This document shows, one piece after another, positions 1 to 13,354 of a DNA stretch of 64,000 nt. The stretch lies in assembly GCA_964016885.1 (NCBI GenBank), contig OZ024743.1, positions 94,798,001 through 94,862,000 of the forward strand, read 5' to 3'. The stretch is from Eledone cirrhosa. Its lineage: Eukaryota. The notes beneath the pieces are model-generated. The model was not told the DNA's origin. It made no database searches and saw only the letters and a list, made by a program, of their open reading frames with translations. How positions within the stretch are numbered: the stretch's first letter is position 1; each line of letters begins with the position of its first letter. The position numbers and the translations under genes were made by a program.

Positions 1-102
1 TATTCACACGGTCAAAGAAATAACTGTATAAAGTAGGCCTAATTAAAATATATCAAACAGAACACACCCAAAATAACATTACCCGTATAATAAATGCTGA
101 AA

Positions 103-133
<31 letters not shown>

Positions 134-619
134 CTTCTTCTTCTTCTTCTTCTTCTTGAACCCTCCAATATTGAACTAGTTCTTTATTTATTGACCTCAA
201 AATGATGAAAGCAAAGTTAACCTCATCAGGATTTGAACTCAGAGCACAAAGTGTCGGAATGAGTGATGCAAAGCATTCTATTCGACGTTCAATTCACCGC
301 GTTTAGTTGAACCGCTGATCAGCAAAGCGTTAATTGAAGATTTTCTCAGGAGGCTCAGGACGTATCATGGATAATTTGTGAGAAGGTATTTGAGTATCTT
401 CTCCACGCGTGGATTCTGGAAATATAAGTCTTGAGTAAAGTAAAAGCAATTAAAGGTACATACATCAAATTTAAATACAGTAGTACAACCCCATCATCTT
501 GTGACAATAGGAATGTATTTGAGAGATCAGGGGAGGGCTGGTTGAACTGTAGCCAAGAGCCAACAATATTTTAAATAGCCCCAAACATAAATAAACGTTA
601 ACTTTATAGATTAATACAA

Positions 620-1440
620 AGTACGCTTTTCTTAGCCATTAATTTTACTTCCTTTGCAACAACAGTTGCTACAGTTCCCTCGGTTTGTCCAGTCTAGATA
701 TTAGTCATGAGATCACTACCAAATATTTTGCTCTCTTTCAAGATCGAATGAAACTTCTTACTCCTCTCATGTTTTTCAACGAGTTTCAACATCCAGTCGT
801 TTGTTGCTCCAAGATATTTAGCCAGTCTAATTGTAGTAGTTTTGTAAGACAGTTCAAATTGCTTCGGACTCATTGAGTTCTGGGAAGGTAAAGACAATCC
901 ACATCTGCCTTTGAGTGCCAATTCTCTTTATTTCACTGAAATTCCAGTTCAACACATTGAAGCGATAATTAACAACTGGAATTGTCATGTGCATTTAGCT
1001 CAGATTTCAGAACTGCTCGTTTTCTCCTATAACATTCTTTCCTTATATTCTCTTTCATGATTGCATGCTGAATGTCGGAGCCTTCATTTATACCTAGGTA
1101 TTTATAGGTTTGTTTCTGCTCAAGTTCGTTTATAACTGCTCCAACACCCAATTCAACTTATCAAACCCAACATCCAGGCACATTTATCAAACCCAAATTC
1201 CATCTCGGTGTAATCACTGAATATTTTCACAGTACGTAAAAGGACTTCAAGCTCATCATTGTCTTCGCCATATAGTTTTAGCTAATCCATATACAATAAA
1301 TGGCTTATTTTCCTGTCGTCAATTTTATATCGATAATTTTTTCTGTTAAGTCCCATTGTAAGGGATATACAAATTATTAGAGGTGAAAGTGAGTCACCTT
1401 GGAAAATGCCACAGTCGATGCTAATATTGCTTGAAATAAC
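620..1440 (-). mobile_element. Decayed non-LTR retrotransposon RT fragment (R4/Dong-like); duplicate at ~33930-34795
   Basis: Motifs GIFQGDSLSPL, KISHLLYMD, TYKYLGI..., ECYRR..VLKSELNA, interrupted by stops and frameshifts. Confidence 0.75.
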
Positions 1441-1641
1441 ATGTTGTTTCAGAAAGTTAGAAATTATTGGAGAAAACTGATGAGTAGATGGAGGGAAGTC
1501 ATCGATAATGATGTGAATTATATAGAGGGCTAATTTTTAATAAAATGTGAAATTTGATGACTTGTTTTTCTGACCTAAATTTCGGACATTACTTATGGGA
1601 TGACCTGATAAATGAGGGTAACGTCTTCTTCCTCTTTCTGT

Positions 1642-1794
<153 letters not shown>

Positions 1795-1859
1795 CTCTAA
1801 ACAAATGACTTCTTTTTCTCTCTCTATTCGCTTGACGCCCTCGCTCTCTCTATATAGAT

Positions 1860-2030
1860 TAGGGTGACGTCGCAACTTTCTGTCTATCTACCTCTTTCTG
1901 TCACCTCGAAAGCACACAACGTTCGCTTTTCTATCTCTATATACATATCTCTCACTGGGCACTCCCCCTCTATATACACAGTGAGCGTGACGGACGGACC
2001 GACGAACAGACAGTGCTCTTATAATATAGA
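1860..2030 (-). mobile_element. Possible 5' end of a non-autonomous Helitron; duplicate at ~35230-35400
   Basis: Minus strand begins TCTATATTATAAGAG followed by short GTCT/GTCC repeats, like the other Helitron 5' ends here. No 3' end was identified. Confidence 0.35.
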
Positions 2031-2039
2031 TTGGGGAAT

Positions 2040-3580
2040 TTTCTTTTCAATCTATTTTTTCAGAAATCATCATTATTATTGATTTCTTTATTAGCCACAC
2101 AGGACTCACATTAAGAAAAAAATAAAGACAGTACAGGACGGTACAGTGTAGGGTTTTTTCGTGTAAAATAAAATTTATAACAGAGACTAAAAAATAAACA
2201 ATTAAATAATGAAACAACAAATTCCTCAAAAGTGGGGAGACCTCTGACTGTCACTCGTAGAGAAAGCCCACAAAAAGCCTCGGTCACCCTGACTGCTAGG
2301 GCAAGTGCCCTCTCCCAGCTGTCCTCCTTCAATCTACAGACGTATACTCAAGGCAGCCCATTTATTCGGACCATGATCGCCACTTACACCCACCTTTCAA
2401 CAAACTGGTTGGAAGGAAGCATTTCTCTCTCCACCCTGATTTTCTCTTCAAGTGAAATCGGAAAAAGATAATCAGAGCTTCACCGAAGAGAAAAGTTCTG
2501 GTCTTCAACCCTTTCAAACGCGTCCACCACACAACCTCTTTTACCATAACCAGCAGGCAGATGAAAACTTTCCTCTAAAGGAAGGCGGGTGAGCGATCTA
2601 CACAAAAGATTGTCGATAGTCGCATCCTTCCACACATGACAGCAGGTGTTCGACATAAACCCACTGGTCAGCAATACTCGAACACTCGATGGGTGCGTGC
2701 AGGACGATTTAGTCGTCCTGCGTGCATCTCAGAGAGGCCCGACTCACGGAACTTCCATTCCTGTAGGGTTTATTTCAAACTGGCAAAGCTCCACGGTAGC
2801 ACTGGCAGGCCAGGGATTTCTGGAAGTTATCCATGAACCCTAGACCGAAAGTCCTCTGAAAAAGAGTGGCTAGTTTATTTTTCCTCAACGCCCAGAATCA
2901 CCCCGAGAACGTCGTCGCTCTTACCATCCACGACAACATCCACCTTATGCGATACATCATAGAAAGTGTGGCTAAGAAACCTGGCACGAGTGGGGCCCTG
3001 ATTAATTTAGATTAGTCGAAAGCTTCGATAGGGTCGACCATCGCTACTACGCGGCAATCCTCAAAGTAGTTGACTTCGGACCCGTTTTCAGGGGCTGGAT
3101 CGCTGTAATGTACTGCGACATATGGTCTGTGGTTAGAGTGAACGGTCACCTTACGGAATCGTTCAACATCATGCATTCGGTCCACCAAGGTTGTTCTCTT
3201 TCGTCACTTTTGTATGTATTGACTCTTGAGCCATTACTACACAAATTGGAGACGTCACAGGGTATCCTGCGCGAACTAGGATGTGGGAGATCTGTGTCAA
3301 CATATGCCGACGACGTCATCGTAGTGGTGTCGAACACCAAACAAATTGAGTTGATCAGAATCACTCTCAAGGAGTAAGAAGCGGTAACAGGAGCAAAAAT
3401 GAACCAAGAAAGGTCGCTGGGTCTTTCTGTAGACTTGTCCCTGCAGCTCGGCATTTGCAGGGACAGGTCTACACCGTTTAACAGCATCATTGGACGCTGG
3501 CCGAACAGACAGGTTGAATTGTTTAGTGTTTGATTTGGTCCAGACCTCCCTATGAACAAAACTCGGGGCGAGGTAATGCC
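2040..3580. mobile_element. Tx1/L1-like LINE relic with internal inversion (3' end on minus 2040-2930, RT on plus 2930-3580); duplicate at ~35410-36950
   Basis: Plus strand: LD*SKA.DRVDH, HQGCSLSSLLYVL, TYADD. Minus strand: L1/Tx1-type C-terminus MVKEVVWWTR...FFRFHLKRK and a 3' UTR. Confidence 0.75.
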
Positions 3581-3879
3581 TATATAGTCGACTACTTTGA
3601 ATTATGGACAACCTATACTAGACGTATCTATTTCTCTACAGAATATCTAGATACGATCTGGATGACCCGGTGCGGTTTGTCTGTCTTCACAATGGCACAT
3701 TTGGGAAATCCAGTCAGTACCTGTCAGACAGCTGGAAGCGACTGAGTATGTTAGCGTGGTATTTACACCTCCTCCCCTATCTGCTAGTACCACACAGTCC
3801 CAGCCTGTATCCAAGATACCGTTCCAGTCCCCCATGACTCTAAAGAGCGGAATGCTCCTAGAAATGTTTCAATGCGCTT

Positions 3880-4255
3880 GAAGAAATCAGACCGTCCTAC
3901 TCATGTGGGGCTTAGACTGCCACAAGCCTGAAGACATACTCTTCATTGCTAGTCACGATCAGCACTACCAACGTATCTTCTAGATGTAGGAATATGATTT
4001 GTATCGCGAGATCCAGGCCTTTCCGAAACAACACAGCTTGGAGCTGCGTAAACTTCGTAGCCACCGAAAATGGGTGTAAAAGTTGGTGCGTCGAAAATTC
4101 TGGTGTTGCTGATAACCACCACATCTGTATTTAGTGAACTGAGGTCGTTGAGCTGGTGACCCTGCTTCCAAGATGACCTTAGGCCACGTAGCTCCGTGCA
4201 TTTACATGGCTTATCCTGAATGAAGTCATGTTCGATGAAGAGGAAGAAAAGTAGG
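3880..4255 (-). mobile_element. LINE ORF2 N-terminal AP-endonuclease fragment (Tx1/L1-like); duplicate at ~37250-37620
   Basis: ...LRGLRS...LNDLSSLNTDVVVISNTR and FRLVAV resemble the APE N-terminus. Confidence 0.55.
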
Positions 4256-4490
4256 AAAGGCAATCTGTCCAGCGATTCTTTCCTGATACATTCTAACCAC
4301 ATGCCCATACTATCGTAGCTGTGATCTCTGAATTGGAGAAGTAGCAGCTCTACCTGGAGTGACTCTCTCATCTCCGAGCTACACACTTTATCGAGTAACG
4401 TTACTCTAAAGACCCTTCGGAGGAACCTCATTTCGGTTATTGCTCAAGATTCATGGCCATAGATAAGGGTTGGCACGAATACCGTGAATA
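4255..4490 (-). mobile_element. RTE-clade LINE fragment (post-RT region); duplicate at ~37620-37850
   Basis: EMRFLRRVFRVTLLDKV.S.EMRESLQVE is typical of RTE ORFs and homologous to 19440-19700. Confidence 0.7.
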
Positions 4491-4572
4491 TATATTATCC
4501 AATATCAATGATATCAATATAAATAGTATCAATATATGATTTAATATGAATATCAATATATTATCCAATACC

Positions 4573-4790
4573 AATAATTGTTTCTGATTTATGCACAAGG
4601 CTAACCATTTTGAGGGAGAGAAAGTCGATTAAATCGACCCCAGTGCGTTACTGGTACTTTATGTTATCGACCTCGTAAAGACAATCGTCAAAGCTAACCT
4701 CCGTGGGATTTGAAATCAGAACGTAAAGGGACGTAACTAAATGCTACAATGCATTTTGTCCGAATCTCTAGGGATTTTACCAATCCAGTG
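4573..4790 (-). mobile_element. tRNA-derived SINE; duplicate at ~37935-38155
   Basis: Same family as 5170-5363, with the central gtcgattaaatcgacccc segment. Confidence 0.75.
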
Positions 4791-5169
4791 CCCTCTACTT
4801 TATAAAAAAAAGACAAATACTTAACTCCTGAAATCTAATATCATGTAATAATGATATTTTAGTCCAAGGTTTGAATTTAAATTTGAATACTTTAATAAAG
4901 TCGGTATTTGGTGGGTTTGTGTTTTAGGGTTAACCCTTTTGATATCAACCCGCCTGAAACCGCCCATTGTTCTATGATACAAAACTGCCTGTATTAAAAC
5001 CTTGCATTATAATTTTATTTAAGAACATTTTGTTAAATGATGTTCTAAATATCAGATTAATAATAAGGTAAAATATTTTACTAAATTTCTTCATTTTTTA
5101 AAATTTCAAAATTAATTGAAATTTGTCCGGTGCTCTACCAATTCTGCCAACCCACCGCCGTTTCAATAT

Positions 5170-5363
5170 CAATAATTGTTTCTACTTTTGGCACAACGCA
5201 AGCAATTACCGCAGTGTATTATTTGTACTTTATTTTATCGACCCCGTAAGGATGAAAGGCAAAGTCAACCTCCGCGGGATTTGAATTCAGACCATAAAGG
5301 GCCGTAACATTTTGCTGCAAAGCATGGCGTCCGACCCTCTACCGATACTGCCAATCCACCGCC
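5170..5363 (-). mobile_element. tRNA-derived SINE, the dominant family here; duplicate at ~38592-38783
   Basis: Minus strand starts GGCGGTGGATTGGCAG (A-box-like), has a B-box-like GAATTCAAATCC, and ends GTAGAAACAATTATT. More than 10 copies in the window. Confidence 0.85.
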
Positions 5364-6465
5364 GTTTCAATATCAATAATACCGCTATATCAACGCCGTC
5401 TGAAGAAGGATTATCCAGAAGACGCAGGATTATATATATATTTTATTATTTCATGCAAAGCCAAACATTTTAACAGACACTTTTGAGTGCACCAGATTCC
5501 CAGTAGAAACAGTAGAAAGCGGTTAACTTCACCCTAACCGGTGGATCTTCAATCGAGCGTGGGTAGGTAAACGTAAGTGTTTCTATATTCATTTTTTACT
5601 ATAAAAAATAATGGTGATGTATTATTTATTATCTGCTTCCGGAATAGCTATTTATTTGTTTGTTTGTTCATTTATTAATGTCCTTAGTTTTACACAACTT
5701 CTTGTTTGACGTATTTTTTCTTTAACGTTCATGAGCCACTAAATCCTGTTCCATATAACTGTTTTGTCTTTTTCGCCTATGCTCCTACGGTTTTTACACA
5801 CACCTCACTCGTTTTTAACACCTCATGTAATTGTATGCATGAATTAAATTAATGACTAATTTACTTCTAGTTGAGGTTTGGATCAAATATTCAGCATGTC
5901 TTCAAAGGAAAGATGCATAAAAAAAAGAAAAAGCTATATTTTCTATAGTAAAACGGCACATGTTTCTAAATGTACTCTCATACTTCAATGTTTACATCAA
6001 TAGTAAGTTGCTGAATATCCTCGTCAACTGGGAATAATTACATTAATTTTCCCAAATTGTTGAATGATAGTCTCAATGGTCTTAGAAAATAAGAAAAAAA
6101 GAGTTAGTAGCTAGGTGTTAACTCTATTACGTGATCAATTATCATTTAAATCCCCCAAAAGCCTTGTGTGGTATGTTTCCGAATAAAAACACAAATCACA
6201 TGCCACTAAATGTGCTTTTTATGAATTTTCAAACGTCACAAACACAAAGGTGTATTTTCAATGTTTCTTTTCATTACTCTGGCATAAATCTATAAATGTC
6301 TCACTTGATTCTTTTCATTTTAACTGACTCAGGGTTGTATATGAACGATAATTTTGTCATATGTTAATTTGAAACGCCTGTGACACGCAAGTTCAGCAAC
6401 AAACAAAGATTCAGTGCCAAATGTCCTTTCTAACTACTAAGATATAAAAATATATCATTTAATTA

Positions 6466-6633
6466 CTGTATTTCCCGGCGCTGAAGACGCTTCGTCTTCG
6501 AGAAGGCACCCTAATTTTGACAACCAAAAATTTGAAAAAAATAATATACAACCTTCGGCCTCCAGGACGCATGGTAGATTTTTGAGACTTATTTTAGGAA
6601 AAAAAGTACTGTCTTCGACGCCGGGAAGTACAG
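6466..6633. mobile_element. MITE of the Tc1/mariner-pogo type with TA target-site duplication; duplicate at 39890-40057
   Basis: TIRs CTGTATTTCCCGGCG...GAAGAC / GTCTTC...CGCCGGGAAGTACAG, flanked by TA on both sides. Confidence 0.85.
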
Positions 6634-8147
6634 TATTTAATTATTTAATTATTATTAAGGACAGACCATAACAAGGAATAACATAGTGTATGCTATTTTA
6701 CATTTTCCTGGTCTGTAAAATGCAGCTTCCGGTCAAAGGTAAGTAATATCAAATCCATATCATGGACCCTTAACTCCTAATGGAGTCGTCGAGGTGCTGG
6801 CGTGACTTACGACATGACTCAAGTATTTAAATCTGGCGGAGTCCATCTCTGTTTATGTCTGAACACAACTGAGTTCTTCCAGAGAAAGAAAAGGAGAGGG
6901 CGAGAGAGGGGAGAGGGTATAAAGGTAAAATCGACCTCAGTATTGGACTAGACATGAAACAAAGTATTGGTGGTGGTAGTGGCTAGGGATATGTGCAACT
7001 CAAATACTTCCAAGGCGGTGTCCCAGCATAACTGCAGTAAAATAATTGAAACAAGTAAAAGAATAGATGAATAAAAGAATAACTAACAAGAGGACAGCGT
7101 TTCTCTCCCCGGCTTCTTAAACATCACCCCCCCCCCCACCTTTTGGTAGGCAGTGAAATGTAACTGCCCCCAGTGTCCTTTCTTAAGTAAGAACGCCAGT
7201 CAAGGGAGGCAAAATATTTTGTTACATAACTATGCAATGTTCTGTTGTATTGTGTTCCTGAAAATTAACCAATGTTCAGAATTAAGCTTTTACAAGTAAA
7301 TTTTGGCCACAAATGTCCTGCCTTTGTTACCGACTTCATTTTGCTATTTATGAAGTTGTTATTGTGTGTGTGTGCGTGTATGTGTGTGTGTGTGTGTACG
7401 TGTGCGCGCGTGTGTGTGTGTATTTACCCATAACAGTCGGCGCTATCTGTATATGTCACGTAACATGTTCCATCGATTGACTACCACGCATCGCAAATCG
7501 ATAATAGACAGACAAACAGCTAGTGCTTATCACATTCTTGAGTAATGTACTGTTCTTCAGGGCGTATAAGGCTTATAAATATTAGTTTCTCTCTTGGTGT
7601 GGTGATCCTAGCTATTTCTTGTATTAGGTTACGCTTTTGTTTTTCTTGATGACTTAATTCTCTATAGATCTTCTTTTTTATGTTTAGAATTAATGTTCGT
7701 TTTAGCCTATCTGCTTGTTTTTTGGTGAGTTGTAATCTTCTAACGTCGGTATTGATGGTGTTGGCATTGATATTCTGGACGAGGCACACTGCTTTATGAA
7801 GCATAGTTGTCGAGATGTTATGGTTTTTCGTAGACAACAGAACATGGTGGTTTTCAGTATCTTGTTAGCCTGGCTAAGGCTTACGATATTTCGTTTCTGA
7901 ATTTGTTTAGCAAGATTCTTTATCTGAAATCGTGTGTTGAAACCGATATTGTTATACTTTGGGAGGGTCATGTTGCCAATAAGAAACACACGCACCAGTT
8001 GCTTTCACTTCAATTTATTATATATTTATAAATTTATAAATTTACAAATCTACAAATTTATAAATTTCGGGTTGGTTGGTTGGTTCCACAACCAGATAGT
8101 TGTTTATATATAGTCATAGTCCTTTCGTCACACACTCTGTGACCTCT

Positions 8148-11122
8148 GATTGTAGACAGAAAACTGCATACGGTGGGTGAAGTGTTGTATGTGTCTCTCT
8201 AGTTCTTCGGGGTTGCACATGCGGGACACATTTCTCATCACCCGTACCAAATACGCAATCAGTATGTTGATTTTGGTATGGTCCGAAATGGCCGAGTTTC
8301 GGTGGATCAGATGTTTGGAAGTCATGGGTTTGGCATAATGGGAATGGAGGATTTGTTTTTGGTTGTTAATGGTATCTAACCAGAGCTCTGTGTCTAGTAC
8401 AGGTAATCGATGGTTGGGGTGTCTACTTGGGTAGTCTATAGTAACTCTAATGCTCTGGTGGATGGAGTTTGCTATTTGCTGGATGCTTTCCATTGTGTTT
8501 TTCTCTAGTTCCTGACTGTTCTCTAGTGGGGGTGTCTTAACTACGATGTTTATATCATCTACGTAGCGGGAGTACATTATCAGGGTTAAGCTGTCTTCTA
8601 ATTGTTCTTTAAGTTTAAGTTTAAGTCTACTGTCCCACCATACCATGAATAAGTTAGCTATGTCGCCTGCAATGCTAACACCAATGGCTGCTCCTTCCTC
8701 TTGGGCATATGCTTTTCCATTAAATTTGAACATATGTTCCTTAAAGGTTAATTTTATGCTGGCCCCTACCGCATGTGCAATCATTTTCTTCAGTTCATCG
8801 TGGTTTTCGGGTGTCCGTATGGCTCTGGTCCACCCGTTCCATCTATCTGTGTGGGTTTTCTTGGTCATTGAGGTAATGGTAGGTGGTCTGCCTCTTGCTG
8901 GTCTTGTAGGGCACAGGTTGCTAAGGTCATATGTGTCTAGGTAACTATTACTATGGGTAAGCTTAAGTAGAAGTCCCAGCTCACTGGTATCAATCCCACG
9001 GAACTCAACCTTGCTCTCGCTGATCATTTCTACGCATTTCTCCACAGCAAAATCCACGTCAATAGATGGATACAGGGACACAACATCCATACTGCCTATT
9101 ATGCAGTTTGTTAGGTCCCCAGATCGGTTACCCACGCCGATTCTGCTGAGGAGGTCCTCCGTGCTGTCACATACATCTGGGGACATCTCAATGATGGGGC
9201 GTATGATCAGGGAGAGGAAGTAGGACAGTCTGTAGTTACTAGCAATGTTAGCTCCACAGACCGGCCGTGTTGGTGGTCCCGCGACAGGGTCACAGCCCGT
9301 TTTATGGTCTTTTCGAAGCCCATACAACGCCGGCACGTCATTGTTCCAGGCCTGGAAGTTGTTGGCAGTCCTTTTGTTGGGCTGCATTATATTCGTCCAC
9401 ATCACCATATGGGCATTGAGGGCTTTTTCTCTATCCTCATGCTCCTGTGGTGTTACCTCTCTTGTGTTAGTGATGTGGGGTTGCATTGCCTGGATGTAGT
9501 TTGGCAGGCTGTCAACCGACATTCTGCCAGACTTGTCTGTTGGAAAGCATGCTATCTCTCCATTACGTGAGCGCTGCATGAGCTTACGCAAGCAATTTGC
9601 AGGTTTTTCTCCCAGTTGCTGGGCCTCTATTCTATTATGCTTCTTGCTATACTGTTCTATAATATTTCTAAGTTCGGATCTAGCTATACTAAATTGTGCT
9701 TCTGTTTGTTCATCAACCTGCGACGGCAACTGCGTGCGTTTGTTAAATGGTAAAGTCGTGGCGTGGACTCGTCGCAGGTCGAATGATTTATCGGAGGGAT
9801 TATAAAACAGAGAGTTCCAGGCTGCTGCTTTATGTGTACTAGTGCTATTGTTATTGTTAGTTGTGTTGTTTCTATTTCTATTTCCACCAACAGCCTCATG
9901 GTTGTTTCTATGTCTCTCATAATTACTCCTGTCTCTTTCCACTGGCTCAATGTTGTTATCTACCCTATTTTGTGTGTCTGTGTGTTCGTCTTGGTTATTC
10001 TCTTTGTCCTTAGTCTCCCTTCTCCTTTTAATCCTATTACTTTCCCTTATTTCTGTGATTTCTGTGCTACTGTCATTACTTGTTTTCTGTGTCTGTGTGT
10101 TTGTTAAGATTGTGGTGGTGGTGAGAGGCATTGAATGCGTGTGTGTTGTTGTTGTTGATGTGTGCTGTTGTTGATGTGTGTTGTTGTTGTCTCCGTGTGT
10201 GTTATCGTTGTTGTGTGTGTTGTTATTGTTGTTTGTGTCTGCCTGTCTGTTGTTGTTGTTTCTGGGTATGTTGTTATTGTTGTTGTTGTTGATGTGTGTG
10301 TTGTTGTTATTGTTGTTTGTGTCTGTGTGTCTGTTGTTGTTGGGATGTGTGTTGTATATGTGTGTGCGTATATTGTTGCTTTTGTTTTTGATGCTCCAGC
10401 GTAGATTTGTAAATGATTTTTCTATTTCTGACAGACAACTAATCATATTTACCTTCTTGAATGTCGCAAATTTCGGCGGCAAACATAACACAGACATTTC
10501 ATCATTATCTATTTTTGCGTTCCCATATATGTTGGTGTTTTTGTTGTTGAACTCTTCTGATAATGAGGTGTCGGCCATGTTGATACCGTCAATTTTGTCG
10601 GGATATCTATTGGTATACTCTATAGTATCCTGATTTAGCTTTGCCTGTTTAAGCCACTTTAGTTTCCTGTTAAAGTGTTTATCACATTCTTGAGTAATGT
10701 ACTGTTCTTCAGGGCGTATAAGGCTTATAAATATTAGTTTCTCTCTTGGTGTGGTGATCCTAGCTATTTCTTGTATTAGGTTACGCTTTTGTTTTTCTTG
10801 ATGACTTAATTCTCTATAGATCTTCGTTTTTATGTTTAGAATTAATGTTCGTTTTAGCCTATCTGCTTGTTTTTTTGGTGAGTTGTAATCTTCTAACGTC
10901 GGTATTGATGGTGTTCGTGTAGATTCTGGACGAGGCACACTGCTTTATGAAGCATAGTTGTCGAGATGTTATGGTTTTTCGTAGACAACAGAACATGGTG
11001 GTTTTCAGTATCTTGTTAGCCTTGCTAAGGCTTACGATATTTCGTTTCTGAATTTGTTTAGCAAGATTCTTTATCTGAAATCGTGTGTTGAAACCGATAT
11101 TGTTATACTTTGGGAGGGTCAT
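8148..11122 (-). pseudogene. PLE ORF (N-terminal domain + RT), frameshifted near 10870 and lacking the endonuclease
   Basis: Starts MTLPKYNNIGFNTRF at 11122. An extra T in a T-run shifts into the 936-aa ORF, which carries an Asn/Thr-rich microsatellite insert. It is cut at ~8147 by fusion to the next pLTR. Confidence 0.88.
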
Positions 11123-11262
11123 GTTGCCAATAAGAAACATACGCACCAGTTGCTTTCACTTCAATTTATTATATATTTATAAATTTATAAATTTACAAAT
11201 CTACAAATTTATAAATTTCTGATTGGTTGGTTGGTTCCACAACCAGATAGTTGTTTATATAT

Positions 11263-11307
11263 AGTCATAGTCCTTTCGTCACACACTCTGTGACCTCTTC
11301 AGTGACT
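11263..11307 (-). ncRNA. Minimal type I hammerhead ribozyme in a PLE pLTR
   Basis: AGUCA-CUGAAGA-G-GUCACA(GAGUG)UGUGAC-GAAA-GGAC-UA-UGACU. Stems I and II pair perfectly, stem III is very short, and the cleavage triplet is CUA. Confidence 0.8.
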
Positions 11308-11511
11308 GGGGATTCCTTTCTTTGTTTCTGTGCCTTTCCTTTCTTCTGTCCTACGCCATTTTGTTTCTGTGTGTGTGTTGTGTGCTCAGTTTGCGCATGC
11401 GCCACATCCGGGTGTCTGTGTGTGTTTGTGTTCATTTATCTATTTGTTTATTTATTTACATGTTATTGGTTGGTTGTTTGTTCTATGTGTGTGTGTGTTT
11501 TCATTTTGTCC

Positions 11512-13354
11512 TTAATTGTAAGTTGTGATGTTGCTGTTCCACTCATATTTTCTATTTAATTTTGGTTGTAATTCTTTTATGTTTATTGCCTCTGTAATTT
11601 GTCTAAACATTGCATCTTTTCTGTGTGTAGATTCTATTTTTATTTCTATGTTCTCTAATTTACCCTTGTGTTCTATCTTAGCATGTTGGTAGAGTACAGA
11701 TGATTCTTTATTATCTTGAAGGTCTCGCCAGGGTTCATTTATCCGTTCCCCTATACTACGAGCTGTCTCACCTATGTACACTATATTTTTGTTTCTACAT
11801 TGTCCTTCAGTACATCTTATGCTATACACTACATTTCTAGTTTTACAGTTAATATGGGGGCTTATTTTACAGGTTATACATTTCTTATCTATACATGAGG
11901 GTCTTTGGAACGGGTATGTCTTGCTAATAAGTGTTTTTACGGAGGTACCTGGTCTTTCTACTATCTTAATATTGAGTTTATGTTTATTTAGGGCCCTTCT
12001 AAATTTGTAGGCTAGTTCGCCTCTAGGGGTTGTGTCGATGAACATTACACTCTGGTATTTATTGCTATCATACCATGAGTTTATTCTATTGGCCTTGTTC
12101 CTAGTTCTTTCTATTCTATTCCAAAATTTGCTCCTATACAAGGGGCAGGTCCCATTTATGTCATTATTTACCATTTTTTCCCATTTGGTTCTGGCTCCTC
12201 TATACACTCTGATTCTATCTCTCTGATTGTAGACAGAGAACTGCATACGGTGGGTGAAGTGTTGTATGTGTCTCTCTAGTTCTTCGGGGTTGCACATGCG
12301 GGACACATTTCTCATCACCCGTACCAAATACGCAATCAGTATGTTGATTTTGGTATGGTCCGAAATGGCCGAGTTTCGGTGGATCAGATGTTTGGAAGTC
12401 ATGGGTTTGGCATAATGGGAATGGAGGATTTGTTTTTGGTTGTTAATGGTATCTAACCAGAGCTCTGTCTAGTACAGGTAATCGATGGTTGGGGTGTCTA
12501 CTTGGGTAGTCTATAGTAACTCTAATGCTCTGGTGGATGGAGTTTGCTATTTGCTGGATGCTTTCCATTGTGTTTTTCTCTAGTTCCTGACTGTTCTCTA
12601 GTGGGGGTGTCTTAACTACGATGTTTATATCATCTACGTAGCGGGAGTACATTATCAGGGTTAAGCTGTCTTCTAATTGTTCTTTAAGTTTAAGTCTACT
12701 GTCCCACCATACCATGAATAAGTTAGCTATGTCGCCTGCAATGCTAACACCAATGGCTGCTCCTTCCTCTTGGGCATATGCTTTTCCATTAAATTTGAAC
12801 ATATGTTCCTTAAGGGTTAATTTTATGCTGGCCCCTACCGCATGTGCAATCATTTTCTTCAGTTCATCGTGGTTTTCGGGTGTCCGTATGGCTCTGGTCC
12901 ACCCGTTCCATCTATCTGTGTGGGTTTTCTTGGTCATTGAGGTAATGGTAGGTGGTCTGCCTCTTGCTGGTCAGGTTGCTAAGGTCATATGTGTCTAGGT
13001 AACTATTACTATGGGTAAGCTTAAGTAGAAGTCCCAGCTCACTGGTATCAATCCCACAGAACTCAACCTTGCTCTCGCTGATCATTTCTACGCATTTCTC
13101 CACAGCAAAATCCACGTCAATAGATGGATACAGGGACACAACATCCATACTGCCTATTATGCAGTTTGTTAGGTCCCCAGATCGGTTACCCATGCCGATT
13201 CTGCTGAGGAGGTCCTCCGTGCTGTCACATACATCTGGGGACATCTCAATGATGGGGCGTATGATCAGGCAGAGGAAGTAGGACAGTCTGTAGTTACTAG
13301 CAATGTTAGCTCCACAGACTGGCCGTGTTGGTGGTCCCGCGACAGGGTCACAGC
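11512..13354 (-). pseudogene. 5'-truncated PLE ORF copy: RT C-terminal half + GIY-YIG endonuclease (frameshifted)
   Basis: ORFs 12912-13244, 12443-12937 and 11512-12402 are nearly identical to the 8148-9300 copy and extend through the GIY-YIG domain. Confidence 0.9.

Noticed and set aside
5170-5363. tRNA gene
   Set aside because: A/B boxes are present, but there is no cloverleaf and many dispersed copies share a common tail, so it is a SINE.
5390-5530. CTGAAGA...GAAAC hammerhead-like motif (also at ~38810-38950)
   Set aside because: Stems I and III could not be paired adjacent to the core; at best a heavily decayed relic.
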